Translations under genes and position numbers: made by a program
Part shown: piece after piece, positions 1 to 10,052 of the stretch
Position numbering within the stretch: position 1 is the stretch's first letter
How the letters are laid out: each line of letters starts with the position of its first letter
Source: Streptococcus mitis
GTDB lineage: Bacteria; Bacillota; Bacilli; Lactobacillales; Streptococcaceae
Reading direction: 5' to 3'
Assembly (NCBI RefSeq): GCF_946188615.1
Contig: NZ_CAMHVK010000002.1
Span: 175,616 to 215,615, forward strand
Length of the DNA: 40,000 bases
The notes under the pieces: generated by a model
Databases searched by the model: none
What the model was told of the DNA's origin: nothing
Seen by the model: only the letters and a program-made list of their open reading frames with translations

Positions 1-286
1 TATACCCTCCAATCGAGATTTCCACTCGGTATTTTCCACTTGGTAGAATACTATCTAAATTAAAATTGACAGAATGGCTAGTGACGGGAGCAGTTGTCTT
101 CCACCTACGTTGTCCCTTTGTTAGAGTAACAACCGCATCTTGACCCTCAAACAAGGTCATAACACGGTAATTCTCGTCTAACAATTCAAACCCAAAAGTA
201 GAAGACAAATCCCCTTGTTTAATAAGGTCGCCACCGTCAATTCGAGCCAAATTGGTTGTATTAACTCTGTGGTTGTTACAACCCAT
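1..286 (-). CDS. Hypothetical phage protein, N-terminal part only (continues past the window edge); possibly a BppU_N-like structural protein
   Basis: Not in the supplied track. ATGATG at 289/286 follows AAGGAGGG and overlaps the upstream stop. Frame is open to position 1 (MMGCNNHRVNTTNLARIDGGDLIKQGD...). Confidence 0.45.
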   Translation of the reverse strand, partial: MGCNNHRVNTTNLARIDGGDLIKQGDLSSTFGFELLDENYRVMTLFEGQDAVVTLTKGQRRWKTTAPVTSHSVNFNLDSILPSGKYRVEISIGGY

Positions 287-737
287 CATTGCCCTCCTTA
301 TCCTTAGCAAATAAACCATCGTCCTTGAATGGCAACTTGCCAAAATTGTCATAGAGCCTATCGATGAACCCATTTCCGCCCAAAGCCTTGTAGCTTGAAT
401 ACATGCTATCGACTATTGAACATTCGTCCTTGTTCGTGAAACCTCTACGAATGGCCCTGCGAATATCTCTATCAAGACGCATACGCATGATGACTTGATG
501 TGCGTCATCATGCAGCTTCTGCTTGTCTTGAATTTGACTAATTTTCTTGTTGCTCTCACTAGCGGTAGTCTGGACATCTTCGATTTGTTTCTTGACATCT
601 GAAACTTCAGAGATAATCTGCTCTGTCTGCTCTTTTGATTTTTTCGGTAGCTTGTACCCCAACCACGCTATGATGATTGGGGATAATACCGAAACAACAT
701 TCGTGAATAAATGCTCAACGTGTTGTAAGACGTCCAT
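276..737 (-). CDS. Membrane-anchored coiled-coil phage protein, function unknown
   Basis: Track ORF 276..743. ATG at 737 (MDVLQH) follows AAGAGG. One N-terminal hydrophobic helix (VVSVLSPIIIAWLGY), then a charged coiled-coil. Confidence 0.6.
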   Translation of the reverse strand: MDVLQHVEHLFTNVVSVLSPIIIAWLGYKLPKKSKEQTEQIISEVSDVKKQIEDVQTTASESNKKISQIQDKQKLHDDAHQVIMRMRLDRDIRRAIRRGFTNKDECSIVDSMYSSYKALGGNGFIDRLYDNFGKLPFKDDGLFAKDKEGNDGL

Positions 738-747
738 AAACACCTCT

Positions 748-900
748 TTAGTTCGCCAAATCGCTCAAGCCAAGGCGTTCCAATTCTTTGCGTACACGGT
801 CTTTAAAACGTTTATTGACAAATGAAAAGTCAATCGCTCCACGTTTTAGCAAGTTAATGTACATGTCGATTTTAGCTTGGTCTAATGTAATCTTACTCAT
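748..900 (-). CDS. Small phage protein (50 aa), unknown function (XkdX-like position after the fibre genes)
   Basis: Inside track ORF 748..960. ATG at 900 is preceded by GGAGG and overlaps the end of the upstream gene. The longer start lacks an RBS. Confidence 0.5.
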   Translation of the reverse strand: MSKITLDQAKIDMYINLLKRGAIDFSFVNKRFKDRVRKELERLGLSDLAN

Positions 901-1570
901 TGTTGCTACCTCCATTGTTTTCACTAGTGCTCGCTTCGCTTGTCGGTGTAGGAATTTCATGTTCTGTCTCGCTTTCTGTTGGTTGTTCTACTGCTGGTGC
1001 TGGTTGGATACGTGGTTCTGCTGCTGGTTGTTCAGTAGTTGGTTGCGCTGGTGCTGGTGCTGGTTCAGATACGACCACGTTTGGAACTCCATTTGTGGCC
1101 ACTTCTGTAACGGGTTGGGGTTCTGGTTGAACGGGTTGAGTTACTGGAGCCGGTTCAGCAGGGTGTGTTTCTGTTTCCGCAACATGAGGTGTTTCTTCGT
1201 GCCCTTCTGCTTCGTCCTCGTGCTCGTGATCGATACCGTTGTGTTTCTCAAGTACTTCCAAGCGTGCAAAGATTTCTTCGATATCGTCAGTATTATGCAA
1301 GCTGACCTTCTGCATACCTTCCATAAGCTGATTGGCTTGTTCAAGTGCTGCAGTTGTTTTAGCCAATTGTTCTTGGTTTTTGACAATGGCACTAGTAGGG
1401 TCTAACTCAGTTCGTAGCACATCTTTAACCGCTTCGATGAGGGTTTCATCTGCATCACCCATGTGGTCTCCGTCAAGTTCACGAGTGAAGAAAGTGAACG
1501 GCTTGTCACATTGAATAGAGACTTCCGTCTTGCCGACTCTGAAAAATTTATTTACTAATACAAATTCCAT
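893..1570 (-). CDS. Phage protein with a proline-rich low-complexity C-terminus (N-terminus tentatively DUF1366-like)
   Basis: 225-aa ORF. ATG at 1570 follows AGGAGA. C-terminal PAPAPAQP/EPQP repeats. Confidence 0.6.
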   Translation of the reverse strand: MEFVLVNKFFRVGKTEVSIQCDKPFTFFTRELDGDHMGDADETLIEAVKDVLRTELDPTSAIVKNQEQLAKTTAALEQANQLMEGMQKVSLHNTDDIEEIFARLEVLEKHNGIDHEHEDEAEGHEETPHVAETETHPAEPAPVTQPVQPEPQPVTEVATNGVPNVVVSEPAPAPAQPTTEQPAAEPRIQPAPAVEQPTESETEHEIPTPTSEASTSENNGGSNNE

Positions 1571-1587
1571 GTTTAATGTTCTCCTGA

Positions 1588-1998
1588 TTATCTAAAATAA
1601 AAGAATAGTGAATCGCCATCTGCAAAATTTCTTTTAAATACTTGTTTTTGATTATCGTCTTTAAATGAGATATAGAGCGATTTTCCTGTAAGGAAATTAT
1701 CTTGTCCTGTGTTCCTATTGTACCACTGCGCATACTTCGCATGAACAGTTGTAATTGTATTATTACGGTGCTGAATCCGTACTTTAACATCCTTTACTCT
1801 GCTCTCTACACGATATTTATCGTTGAAGTCTCCATTTGCACTCGATACATTAAAAATCAAGTACTGGCTTGAATCGAACGGAGTTCTTAGATTCTGGAAA
1901 TACCCAACATAGACCCACTTACTCCAGACAAGTCTCGTTCCAACATAACGCTCGATGATATCTTTACCACCAACATAGATACCTTCTCTTGTAGCCAT
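1588..1998 (-). CDS. Hypothetical tail-fibre-associated protein
   Basis: 136-aa ORF with an ATG start, tightly packed after the fibre genes. No recognisable motif. Confidence 0.55.
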   Translation of the reverse strand: MATREGIYVGGKDIIERYVGTRLVWSKWVYVGYFQNLRTPFDSSQYLIFNVSSANGDFNDKYRVESRVKDVKVRIQHRNNTITTVHAKYAQWYNRNTGQDNFLTGKSLYISFKDDNQKQVFKRNFADGDSLFFYFR

Positions 1999-2006
1999 AG
2001 CATCAC

Positions 2007-2486
2007 CTACTCATACACATCATAGATTGTGTTCGGGTCTTTGTACGAAATTGACTCATACTGCGATTTAGAGCCGAACCAATACTTCATTTGCTGGTTT
2101 CCGTTTTGGTTAATCAGCTTGTGTGCAACTACTTCGGACGGTGTACTTGGAATCCCAAGCGCTGACCTATTTACTCGCAAAACACCCGAATTATCGACTG
2201 TAATCGTTGAGTTGTCAGGTCGCACTACACCAGTCTGTCCACTAGTTGCAGTCTTAGCTTTCAACACACCATTTGAAACCTCAGTCGTCTGATTATCAGG
2301 TCTGACAATCCCATTTGAGTTTGACGTAGCTACTGACACATTGCTACTCATTCCATTTTTTAATGTCTGCACAGATACTTTCTTCAACCCACGACCATCA
2401 TGAATCATGATGTTGTCTGAGTTGTTAACCTGACTGGCCTGTGGCAAATCAGTTACTTTTCGTGTCTGTGTACTAATTACTGCCAT
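2007..2486 (-). CDS. Tail fibre / receptor-binding accessory protein
   Basis: ATG at 2486 (MAVISTQ) follows GGAGGT, 2 nt after the upstream stop. Internal duplicated motif G(I/V)VRPDN-T. Confidence 0.55.
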   Translation of the reverse strand: MAVISTQTRKVTDLPQASQVNNSDNIMIHDGRGLKKVSVQTLKNGMSSNVSVATSNSNGIVRPDNQTTEVSNGVLKAKTATSGQTGVVRPDNSTITVDNSGVLRVNRSALGIPSTPSEVVAHKLINQNGNQQMKYWFGSKSQYESISYKDPNTIYDVYE

Positions 2487-2487
2487 G

Positions 2488-3534
2488 TTATACCTCCATA
2501 ATATATTTCCAATCTGCGACAATCACATGACCGTTTTCATCAGCAAGCAAGGTATGTTCTGTACCGTCGTCTGTACGAATCGGAGCAGTGAAGTCGTTCT
2601 GCAAGAACATGTACTCAATAGCATTTAGTCTATCTTCGTGTTCCTGAACCTCACGCTTCAAAGCTTCTACAGACTCATAGCTTGCTTGTCTGATGTTGTC
2701 TACGTTACCTAGACCTACCTGCGCCTTCGTAACGCTATGTGGATTGTTGCGACTGTTTAAGTGATTTTGAAAATCAACTTTACTTGCTTGTTCGACGTTT
2801 GCGACATTCCCTAACCCCACTTGTTGCTTCGTTACATTGTGTGGGTTGTTTCGGTTGTTGATGTGACCAGTTAGGTCAACCTTCTCAGCCTTACTTCTAG
2901 TGACCTCATCAATCTTTTCAGGCAGACCGTCGATGTCTGCCACCTTATGCCTGTGACTTGCGTCAGCTTTCCCATTCCAGCGTGTGCGTTCTTGATCAGA
3001 AACGTGACGGGCAGCATCTCTGATGTGATTATCGATATTGGTTTGTAGCTTTCTTTCTGTTGCCTTCAATTCAGGGACAGTTGCATAAACCAAATCAGTC
3101 GCATTGTATTGAATGGTAATCTGACTATTCTTACTAATAGTCGTGTTGAAATCATAATCTCGATACACATAGGCAGATGTTTTAGGAGGAATCACATCCC
3201 CCTGTTCTGCCCAAGTATACATATACATGAATTCTTCATGATTACCACGTTTTGCAAATACACCGATTTCATTCACAATCATTTCACGCTCAATCCGTGA
3301 ATTATCAAACCGTGCTGTGATACGGATTGTATCAGCGACATCAGTAGACATAGACTGCGTCACTTGCAGCGAATGAACAACTTGTACGATATTGTTTTTC
3401 TTGCCAATGTCCGTCCGATGCCGTCCGCTACCCAAAGCTATGCGAGTAAAGACCAGTGGTTCTCTATTTTGAATCGCTAAGGCCGTTTCACTGATTGCTT
3501 TATCAGTCACAATAGGCTGGATAAAATATCCCAT
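2488..3534 (-). CDS. Tail fibre protein
   Basis: 348 aa. Two tandem copies of the phage-fibre repeat NNPH-VTK-QVGLGNV-N. Lies directly after the baseplate genes. Confidence 0.75.
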   Translation of the reverse strand: MGYFIQPIVTDKAISETALAIQNREPLVFTRIALGSGRHRTDIGKKNNIVQVVHSLQVTQSMSTDVADTIRITARFDNSRIEREMIVNEIGVFAKRGNHEEFMYMYTWAEQGDVIPPKTSAYVYRDYDFNTTISKNSQITIQYNATDLVYATVPELKATERKLQTNIDNHIRDAARHVSDQERTRWNGKADASHRHKVADIDGLPEKIDEVTRSKAEKVDLTGHINNRNNPHNVTKQQVGLGNVANVEQASKVDFQNHLNSRNNPHSVTKAQVGLGNVDNIRQASYESVEALKREVQEHEDRLNAIEYMFLQNDFTAPIRTDDGTEHTLLADENGHVIVADWKYIMEV

Positions 3535-3544
3535 TTATTTCCTC

Positions 3545-4063
3545 CTATTCAAATCGAACCGAACGAATGTCTCTGAATGTGTGAGCCCCAATATAAATCG
3601 CGTTCATCATTGGCGCTTCAACCGAGAATTGGATTCCTAAGTGAGCAGGAATCAACTCGCGCACATACTTTAAAAAACGGTTCAAATATCCGGTCGGCAG
3701 TTCTCCTAAAAATCGGATATGTACCGCTGAACCTTTTACCGTTACTAAGTTGTTGACATTCGTAAAGCTCTTTGTAATTTTTTGTAAACTCACTGAGTTA
3801 ATTTTGATTTTGGAAGAAATTAATGTGATTAGATACCGCCTTCGTTCTTCCAAATCAATTGTTTTCGGTTTTACTTGTAAGGCTTTTTCCCAACGTGTAA
3901 TCCAGTCTTCCGTCGCTTCTGGCAATAACATCAATCGTCTGGTATCAAAGATTAAGTCTGTAATCAATTCCAGTTCTGGAATTTCAGTTTCAAACAAATC
4001 ATTAATGGTTGGATCTAAGACCTCTGGCAAAGCCGATAACATACGATATCTAACTTGTGACAT
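3545..4063 (-). CDS. Baseplate/tail protein, XkdU/YmfQ-like (DUF2313-like)
   Basis: 172 aa. Position after the baseplate J-like gene matches PBSX order. RBS GGAGGT. Confidence 0.55.
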   Translation of the reverse strand: MSQVRYRMLSALPEVLDPTINDLFETEIPELELITDLIFDTRRLMLLPEATEDWITRWEKALQVKPKTIDLEERRRYLITLISSKIKINSVSLQKITKSFTNVNNLVTVKGSAVHIRFLGELPTGYLNRFLKYVRELIPAHLGIQFSVEAPMMNAIYIGAHTFRDIRSVRFE

Positions 4064-5105
4064 TGATGGTTACCTCCGCTAGTTTAGGAAGCATGTTGGT
4101 AGAAAGTTCAATACTTTGCTCCTTATCATTCAACAAAATACGGTCCACATCTCGAACCCCGTTAATTCTGTCAATGATTGTGGCAACTTTATAGTTTCGA
4201 ACCTCTTTCTCTTCAAATGCTTCTTCACGTAAGTATTTAATGAGTTGAACTTTCGCCTCATTCTTGATTGTTTCAATATCTACATCTTCATCAATCTTGA
4301 TAGTTGCAGCAATACGAACATTGTAGCCACTTACAGACTGAACAGTCACATAAGCACCAATCGGAGCAACGCCTAAACCGTGGCCACTCGGTTCAGGATC
4401 CAAGTAATTCTTGAATTTCTTTACCAGCTCTGCACTTGCTTCGTTGCCGTCAGCATCTGTAATCGATACACGTACTGTATTTTCACCTTTCCATAGTGGC
4501 TCTACCAAAGCAGAACCAACACCAACAAACTCACTTGCCCACTTTTTATATTGAGCAATATTCCCGTTTAAGGTCGGTGTTTTCAAGTACTCAATGGTAC
4601 GCTTACGGAGTTGTTTATCCGTCTCTTCATCTTCGCCTACGACGATGACAGATCCGATTTCTGCCCCTTTAAATCCATTCAATACATCGATGTTGATGAG
4701 TTGCCCTCTTACATAGTTGGGAGCATTTCCGACTTGTTCAGCTACTACACTATACTCAAATCCAGAGCGACGTTCTAAAACACGGAAATTGTACTCACTG
4801 TTAACCACACTGAAACGGGTTCCGATTGGGATTTCCTGTTTGAATTGAACCAGTCGGACTGATGCCGTAGCTGGTAAGCGTTCAACTCCAAACTGCCTAC
4901 ATAAACGAGTTAGGAAGATTCCTGTACTCGTGTCTAAAAAGTTGACTTCCTCATACGATTTTAAGACCGTATACTGAATGGCAACTTCTCGAGCTGCAGG
5001 CGCTACTAAATTGTACAAGACAGACCCTTGTCTTTTGTCATACTTATCATCAAACAAGGCCAGCATATCCTCTAAAATTTCTGGATATGTTTTTACCTTT
5101 ATCAT
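4050..5105 (-). CDS. Baseplate J-like protein (XkdT-like)
   Basis: 351 aa. Size, position and overall similarity to baseplate J family proteins of contractile-tail phages. RBS GGAGGTG. Confidence 0.75.
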   Translation of the reverse strand: MIKVKTYPEILEDMLALFDDKYDKRQGSVLYNLVAPAAREVAIQYTVLKSYEEVNFLDTSTGIFLTRLCRQFGVERLPATASVRLVQFKQEIPIGTRFSVVNSEYNFRVLERRSGFEYSVVAEQVGNAPNYVRGQLINIDVLNGFKGAEIGSVIVVGEDEETDKQLRKRTIEYLKTPTLNGNIAQYKKWASEFVGVGSALVEPLWKGENTVRVSITDADGNEASAELVKKFKNYLDPEPSGHGLGVAPIGAYVTVQSVSGYNVRIAATIKIDEDVDIETIKNEAKVQLIKYLREEAFEEKEVRNYKVATIIDRINGVRDVDRILLNDKEQSIELSTNMLPKLAEVTINVTS

Positions 5106-5500
5106 CGTTTCACCTCCAAATCCATTTCAAATGTTCCAAAATCACTATCAACCATGAACTGCACGTAAAATTCATCTTTCTTTACCTTAGTAGAAAAAGA
5201 ATGTGCCTCATGAATCCTGTCATCCTCATACAAGGCCTCTTTTATGCGCCGTGCGATATCCATCTGGGCATAATCCATATCCCCACCAAACAGAGCATCT
5301 AACTCGACACCGTACCGATGATCATAAATCGTGTAGATAAACCGTTCAGTCGTCAGCATGCGTCTGATTGATTGCTTCAAAGCATGAATGCCATCTGTTT
5401 CTAGCAAGATATTAGTTTCATCTAGTGTTAAGCTAGGCTGTTTCTTAGCTTCGACAACATTTTTAGCGATGTTTAAAAAGTTTGTTTTAGGAGTACTCAT
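5102..5500 (-). CDS. Baseplate wedge protein, gp25/W-like (XkdS-like, DUF2634-like)
   Basis: 132 aa. Overlaps both neighbours by 4 nt. Synteny with PBSX xkdS. Confidence 0.55.
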   Translation of the reverse strand: MSTPKTNFLNIAKNVVEAKKQPSLTLDETNILLETDGIHALKQSIRRMLTTERFIYTIYDHRYGVELDALFGGDMDYAQMDIARRIKEALYEDDRIHEAHSFSTKVKKDEFYVQFMVDSDFGTFEMDLEVKR

Positions 5501-5793
5501 TCATCAGAACCCCCTTTCACTTTGCGCTTGTAGTGGAAAATTTTCTTGTACAAGACATAATAAAACCCTCCACCATCTTGTCTGATGAGATGAAGGGTTT
5601 GACCTACGTACTCAGGATCCAATGTTTCATCAGTCCATGTGACAGCGAGCATGGAATCATCCAATATCAATTCATTGGTCAATTGGATTTTGAGTGGAGA
5701 AACCGATAAAACTACACCAGTCGTTATCTTTGCGAACTGGCGATTTTCAATGAAATTACTAATCAATTTCTTTAGATTTTCTATTACTTCCAT
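5497..5793 (-). CDS. Baseplate/spike-associated protein, XkdR-like (DUF2577-like)
   Basis: 98 aa. Synteny between the XkdQ-like and XkdS-like genes. Confidence 0.5.
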   Translation of the reverse strand: MEVIENLKKLISNFIENRQFAKITTGVVLSVSPLKIQLTNELILDDSMLAVTWTDETLDPEYVGQTLHLIRQDGGGFYYVLYKKIFHYKRKVKGGSDE

Positions 5794-6759
5794 CTACTCA
5801 CTTCCTGCCATGAATAATTTAATTTCCATCGTGTGCTTTTCTGCACTGAAGGAATGAGTTGCCTCTTCAATGACATACCATCCCTTCTTCTCAATATCCT
5901 TAACATCCACATAGACTGCATGGCCTGCTAAAAAGTCAATACTTCCAATATCAGCTTTTAGACTGAAAGTTTCTTTGGGACGGTTTTTCATCTTCAAGAG
6001 CATTTCGCCCCATTGCTTTATTTGCCCCTCAGTCGCTTTCTCATCCACTTTTTTCATGTACTGGAGTTTTCCCCAAGCGCCGATATTGTAGCTGTCCTGA
6101 TAGATGTAGACCTCTCTCTTCTTGGTTTCTTTGTTCTCTTGGATCAAGCGGACAATATTGGCGCTATCTTCAATTGAACCTTCGAACTCAAAACTAGACA
6201 TAAAAGATTCATTACCGATAATGTATTGGATTGGTAAGTTTTTGGGAGTTGTTAGTGTCAACTCTCCGAACTTGTCATACAAAACCAGCAATTCTCCACT
6301 TTGTACCAAGGTCTCATCCATGGCTTCTTGGATAATATCCAAGGCCTTCTTATCCTCCTTTAGTTGAGGGGATAAGGTCACAGCTGGGGCTTTTAGTTCC
6401 CCAATCTTCAAATCAAAATCTCCTGCGATTGCCGATACGATTTGATTGACATTTTTATCCCTGGCAACAAAGTTGATATTGCGTAGTAAGTACTTTATCT
6501 GATCATGGAAGGTCAAGGTTGTTTTAGTATCTTTTTCGTACTTGATTTTCGTCAAATAACCAAAGAATACCTCTTTATCATCTAGCTTGAAAGCAAGTGG
6601 AGAACCATATTCAAAAGCTACTTTTGTAGAATTGTACAAGGTAATCTCCACACTCCAAGCCGACCCTTTCCTAGTTGTCTTGAACTCAACTTTTTCAGAC
6701 ACAGTTGCTAAATCCCATGTATCTCCAGTTTTATTGTTCTGATAGAATAATTGCATCAT
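5794..6759 (-). CDS. Baseplate hub protein, XkdQ/YqbQ-like
   Basis: Track ORF 5794..6792 uses TTG. ATG at 6759 forms an ATGA overlap with the LysM gene stop, with GGAG upstream. Confidence 0.6.
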   Translation of the reverse strand: MMQLFYQNNKTGDTWDLATVSEKVEFKTTRKGSAWSVEITLYNSTKVAFEYGSPLAFKLDDKEVFFGYLTKIKYEKDTKTTLTFHDQIKYLLRNINFVARDKNVNQIVSAIAGDFDLKIGELKAPAVTLSPQLKEDKKALDIIQEAMDETLVQSGELLVLYDKFGELTLTTPKNLPIQYIIGNESFMSSFEFEGSIEDSANIVRLIQENKETKKREVYIYQDSYNIGAWGKLQYMKKVDEKATEGQIKQWGEMLLKMKNRPKETFSLKADIGSIDFLAGHAVYVDVKDIEKKGWYVIEEATHSFSAEKHTMEIKLFMAGSE

Positions 6760-7418
6760 GGTATCACAAACTCCTGTCCAGGATAAATCCAATGAGGGTC
6801 TTTGATTTTATCTTTGTTAGCTTCGTAAATTTCAGTATATCGGCTGCCGTCTCCGTAAAAAGTCTGAGCAATCCCCCACAGGGTATCACCACTCACAACC
6901 GTATGGCTTTTTTGAGCAGGTTTCTCTGTTGTGGCGCTACGTTCTTCAGTAGCTTTCGCCTGAGGTTTCTTTTTAGTAGCCTCAAGCGCTTTTTTGTCCT
7001 TGATAGTAACCTTCCGTGGTTTATGAGACCGATATTGTAAGAACTTAATCTTATATATCAGGTCATTTTCATATCCTGTCTTGGTAGAGACATCGAACTG
7101 TTCCACTAAAAATTTCCCGTTAATAGCAGAACCAAAAGCACCCCCAATCATGAGTTGAATAGGAGTGCCTTCCGTCTTAAATTTACGAATAGATGATACA
7201 AAGGATTCTGGAGAAACACGGCTATTCCGTTGGTAGTTCCCATCGTATCTTCCACTAGGAATAAAGGATTCAAACTCAATCGATTGAAGCTCTGGATTTC
7301 CGACAAGCGGAACGTTACCAGTATCGATGATAGCGACTGTCTCAATTCCTTGCTTGTCCTCCAGTTTGATTTCTTCTGGATTCACTGGCAATTTAATGCC
7401 TTCAATAAATATAAACAT
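6756..7418 (-). CDS. LysM-domain tail protein (XkdP-like)
   Basis: C-terminal LysM motif [34 protein letters not shown]. Lies directly after the tape measure gene. Confidence 0.8.
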   Translation of the reverse strand: MFIFIEGIKLPVNPEEIKLEDKQGIETVAIIDTGNVPLVGNPELQSIEFESFIPSGRYDGNYQRNSRVSPESFVSSIRKFKTEGTPIQLMIGGAFGSAINGKFLVEQFDVSTKTGYENDLIYKIKFLQYRSHKPRKVTIKDKKALEATKKKPQAKATEERSATTEKPAQKSHTVVSGDTLWGIAQTFYGDGSRYTEIYEANKDKIKDPHWIYPGQEFVIP

Positions 7419-7432
7419 CTGCTACCTCCTCC

Positions 7433-9886
7433 CTAGTAAGCCATGAGACCGTCAGCGCCATTATTTAAAGCGTCTACAATCGTTGCATTCAAATCATCCA
7501 ATACGTTAGCATACTGGCCAGCGTTGTTGATGGAGTCAATGTTGGTAACAATCTCTGGCTTCAAGGTAATAAAGTTCTGTTGCCACTTCATGGTTGCAAC
7601 GTCCTTAATTAACTTGATGTATTCATCGTCCAGTTTGATTTCATCTTCAATCTTGCCGACCTTATCTAATTTACCACCAGTTGGATTGTGGCCACCTCCA
7701 CCACCTTGTCCTCCGTCGCCTTGTCCAGGTGCTGAACTAGCTGGGCTGAGTTCGTAAGGTGTCTTTCCTTGGTCGCCTAAGAAATTGTTTCCTGCGCCGT
7801 TGGCATCGCCAGCACCTTTGAAGAAACCACCGACAGCCTTATCGATGCCTTTACCAAAATTATAGCCGTTATTAAAGGCTCCAAGAACGCTCCCTCCCTC
7901 TAAATAACCAAATTGAGGAGCGTCAAGGTGCGGAGTACTTAAGCCGGCTTTATGTTGTTTCAAACCATCTGCTAAGTGTAGACCTTCAAAGGTTTTCTTG
8001 ACTGGTTTTTCCATGCTATCAATAGCATTAGCAATATCACCAGCAAAGTTTGTCCGACCTAGAGAAACCGTTCCAACAGCGTTTAGATTTAGGCCGAACC
8101 CATTTAAGAAGCCAATCATTTTATTAAAGCCACCAAGCACAGAGTTAATCATGCCCTCGACTGCGCTGATAACACTATTGACCATGCTATCAACAAAGCC
8201 TGCAATAGCAACTGCCATAGACTTACCGCCTTGGGCAATGTCATACCAAGCACTTTGAACTTGGAAAGACATCTCGTTCCATAAGTTAACAGCACCAGTA
8301 ACAAACCAGTCAATAAAGTCTAAAATGCCTATCAAAATAGTTAAGATAGCCTGATAGAGAAACATCCAGAATGCTATTGCGGTATTCACATACCAAAAAA
8401 CACCCTGCAACATCATATTAATCACCCAGATAGCTGCATTGGCAATACTAAGAAGTATATTCCAAATGGTCATTCCTAGGTAAAATATAGCCCCTATGAT
8501 GATTCCTGTAGCTGATACAGCTGCACCAGTAAGGTTGTTAAACCATGCGACCAAGGCATAGAAGAGGCCGATAAGAATAATGACTGCCATCACAATCAAC
8601 ATGATTGGGTTCATTGCCATTACTGCATTCAAACCAGCCATTGCAGCTTTCGCAACATTTGTAGCGATACTAAACAAACCTGTTGCTATTCTTGCTGCAT
8701 TCATGGCAACTACATAAGTCCCTATAGCGAATGCCACAGCAATAATAATCGGTTGAATCACAGACCAGTTATCGATGACAAATTGAGCAATCGGCGCCAA
8801 CATACTCCAAACAGCCCCAATCATATCCATGGCAAAGATAACCGCTTGAACGACATATTGAAGTACCGTGGCTACAATCTGGGCAAATTGTTGGAAGGCG
8901 GACGAGTTCACTATCTGATTTATCTTAATCGATATTGGCTCAAACGCCTTGGTTACAAAGTTCAGGAAGTTCTGCCATGCCCTGCCCCATGTCATTGGCA
9001 TGTTGCGGAATTGTTGATCAATCGCTTCGCTTGCATCCAGCATGGCAGTTTTGACAATGTCGGCCGTAATCTTCCCGTCTGCTCCAAGTTTCTTAACCTC
9101 GCCACGGCTAACACCTAGTTTATTGGCAATAGCTTGGATTAAGGCTGGTGAAGTTTCAGCAAGGGAACGCAACTCGTCACCCTGCAACTTACCACTAGCC
9201 ATAGCCTGAGTAAGCTGAAGCATGGCGCTTTTTTGTTCTTCAATGCTTGCTCCACCAACAACAAAGGATTTGTTCATAGTTTCCAAAAAGGCAATTGTTT
9301 CGCCGTTGTTTTGGAAAACATCGCCAGCCTGCATCCGCATCTTAGCGACACCGTTTGCCATGGTTGTATAGGCCGAGCCTGTACGTTGTGCGGATGTATA
9401 GATAGACTTTTGTAGTTCCTCTGTCGTCTGCATACCGTCACGAATCATATCTAAACGAGCGTGCATATTAGCATACTCGTCTGACATACCTATAGCTTGC
9501 TTGGTAATCGCACCAACTGCAATACCAGCCAAGGCAGTCTTCAACAATCCTTTCAAAGATACTAGCTTACTTAATTTGTTAGAAGCGTTATTAGAGGCAT
9601 TCCCTAAATCTATTAGAGCCAGTTCTTCTTTTTTGAGCCCTGCAGCTGCTAAAGTTGCACTATTTACAAATCTACCGTTAATATCAATGACTCGCCCGGC
9701 TTTATTTACAAAATATTGGCCAGAATCACCAGCTTTTTTCATAGCGGACTCTTGGGCCTTCATAGCTTTATCTATGCCAGAACCTGCGTTTTTAACACGC
9801 TCCATAGTAGCATAGATTTTATTTAAAGTGCCTGTGACTCTATCGGTCAAAGACATGGTTGTTTGTATATTGGCCAATAGAATCAC
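7433..9886 (-). CDS. Tail tape measure protein
   Basis: 817 aa with a long central hydrophobic/Gly-Ala-rich region, located after the chaperone genes. Start uncertain: GTG 9886, TTG 9877 or ATG 9856. Confidence 0.85.
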   Translation of the reverse strand: MILLANIQTTMSLTDRVTGTLNKIYATMERVKNAGSGIDKAMKAQESAMKKAGDSGQYFVNKAGRVIDINGRFVNSATLAAAGLKKEELALIDLGNASNNASNKLSKLVSLKGLLKTALAGIAVGAITKQAIGMSDEYANMHARLDMIRDGMQTTEELQKSIYTSAQRTGSAYTTMANGVAKMRMQAGDVFQNNGETIAFLETMNKSFVVGGASIEEQKSAMLQLTQAMASGKLQGDELRSLAETSPALIQAIANKLGVSRGEVKKLGADGKITADIVKTAMLDASEAIDQQFRNMPMTWGRAWQNFLNFVTKAFEPISIKINQIVNSSAFQQFAQIVATVLQYVVQAVIFAMDMIGAVWSMLAPIAQFVIDNWSVIQPIIIAVAFAIGTYVVAMNAARIATGLFSIATNVAKAAMAGLNAVMAMNPIMLIVMAVIILIGLFYALVAWFNNLTGAAVSATGIIIGAIFYLGMTIWNILLSIANAAIWVINMMLQGVFWYVNTAIAFWMFLYQAILTILIGILDFIDWFVTGAVNLWNEMSFQVQSAWYDIAQGGKSMAVAIAGFVDSMVNSVISAVEGMINSVLGGFNKMIGFLNGFGLNLNAVGTVSLGRTNFAGDIANAIDSMEKPVKKTFEGLHLADGLKQHKAGLSTPHLDAPQFGYLEGGSVLGAFNNGYNFGKGIDKAVGGFFKGAGDANGAGNNFLGDQGKTPYELSPASSAPGQGDGGQGGGGGHNPTGGKLDKVGKIEDEIKLDDEYIKLIKDVATMKWQQNFITLKPEIVTNIDSINNAGQYANVLDDLNATIVDALNNGADGLMAY

Positions 9887-9887
9887 C

Positions 9888-10052
9888 TCACTTCTTCATT
9901 TTTTTACGTTGTTTCGCCTCTTCGTGCATGACTGCAGCGAAAAAGGCTTTTTCTTCTACATCCATATTCACAAATTCACTAGGGCGAATGTAATAGTTTA
10001 CGAGGGCGAAGTAGGCTAGCTGTGCCTCCGCGTCCTCTTTTATTAGTTTTTT
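9888..10052 (-). CDS. -1 frameshift extension of the tail assembly chaperone (G/GT-type long isoform)
   Basis: The -1 frame is open for 52 codons from the slippery site to TGA at 9888-9890 (LIKEDAEAQLAYFALVNYYIRPSEF...). It fills the otherwise uncoded gap before the tape measure gene. Confidence 0.6.
   Translation of the reverse strand, partial: KKLIKEDAEAQLAYFALVNYYIRPSEFVNMDVEEKAFFAAVMHEEAKQRKKMKK

Noticed and set aside
276-737. Holin call for the 153-aa membrane protein
   Set aside because: There is only one predicted N-terminal hydrophobic helix followed by a long soluble coiled-coil. I recognise no holin-family motif and see no adjacent endolysin in the window. It is left as unknown.
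788-1514. Plus-strand track ORFs 788..1405, 900..1130 and 1332..1514 (Cys/Trp/Gly-rich)
   Set aside because: They are antisense shadows of the proline-rich, low-complexity minus-strand gene 893..1570. Their composition is implausible and they have no RBS.
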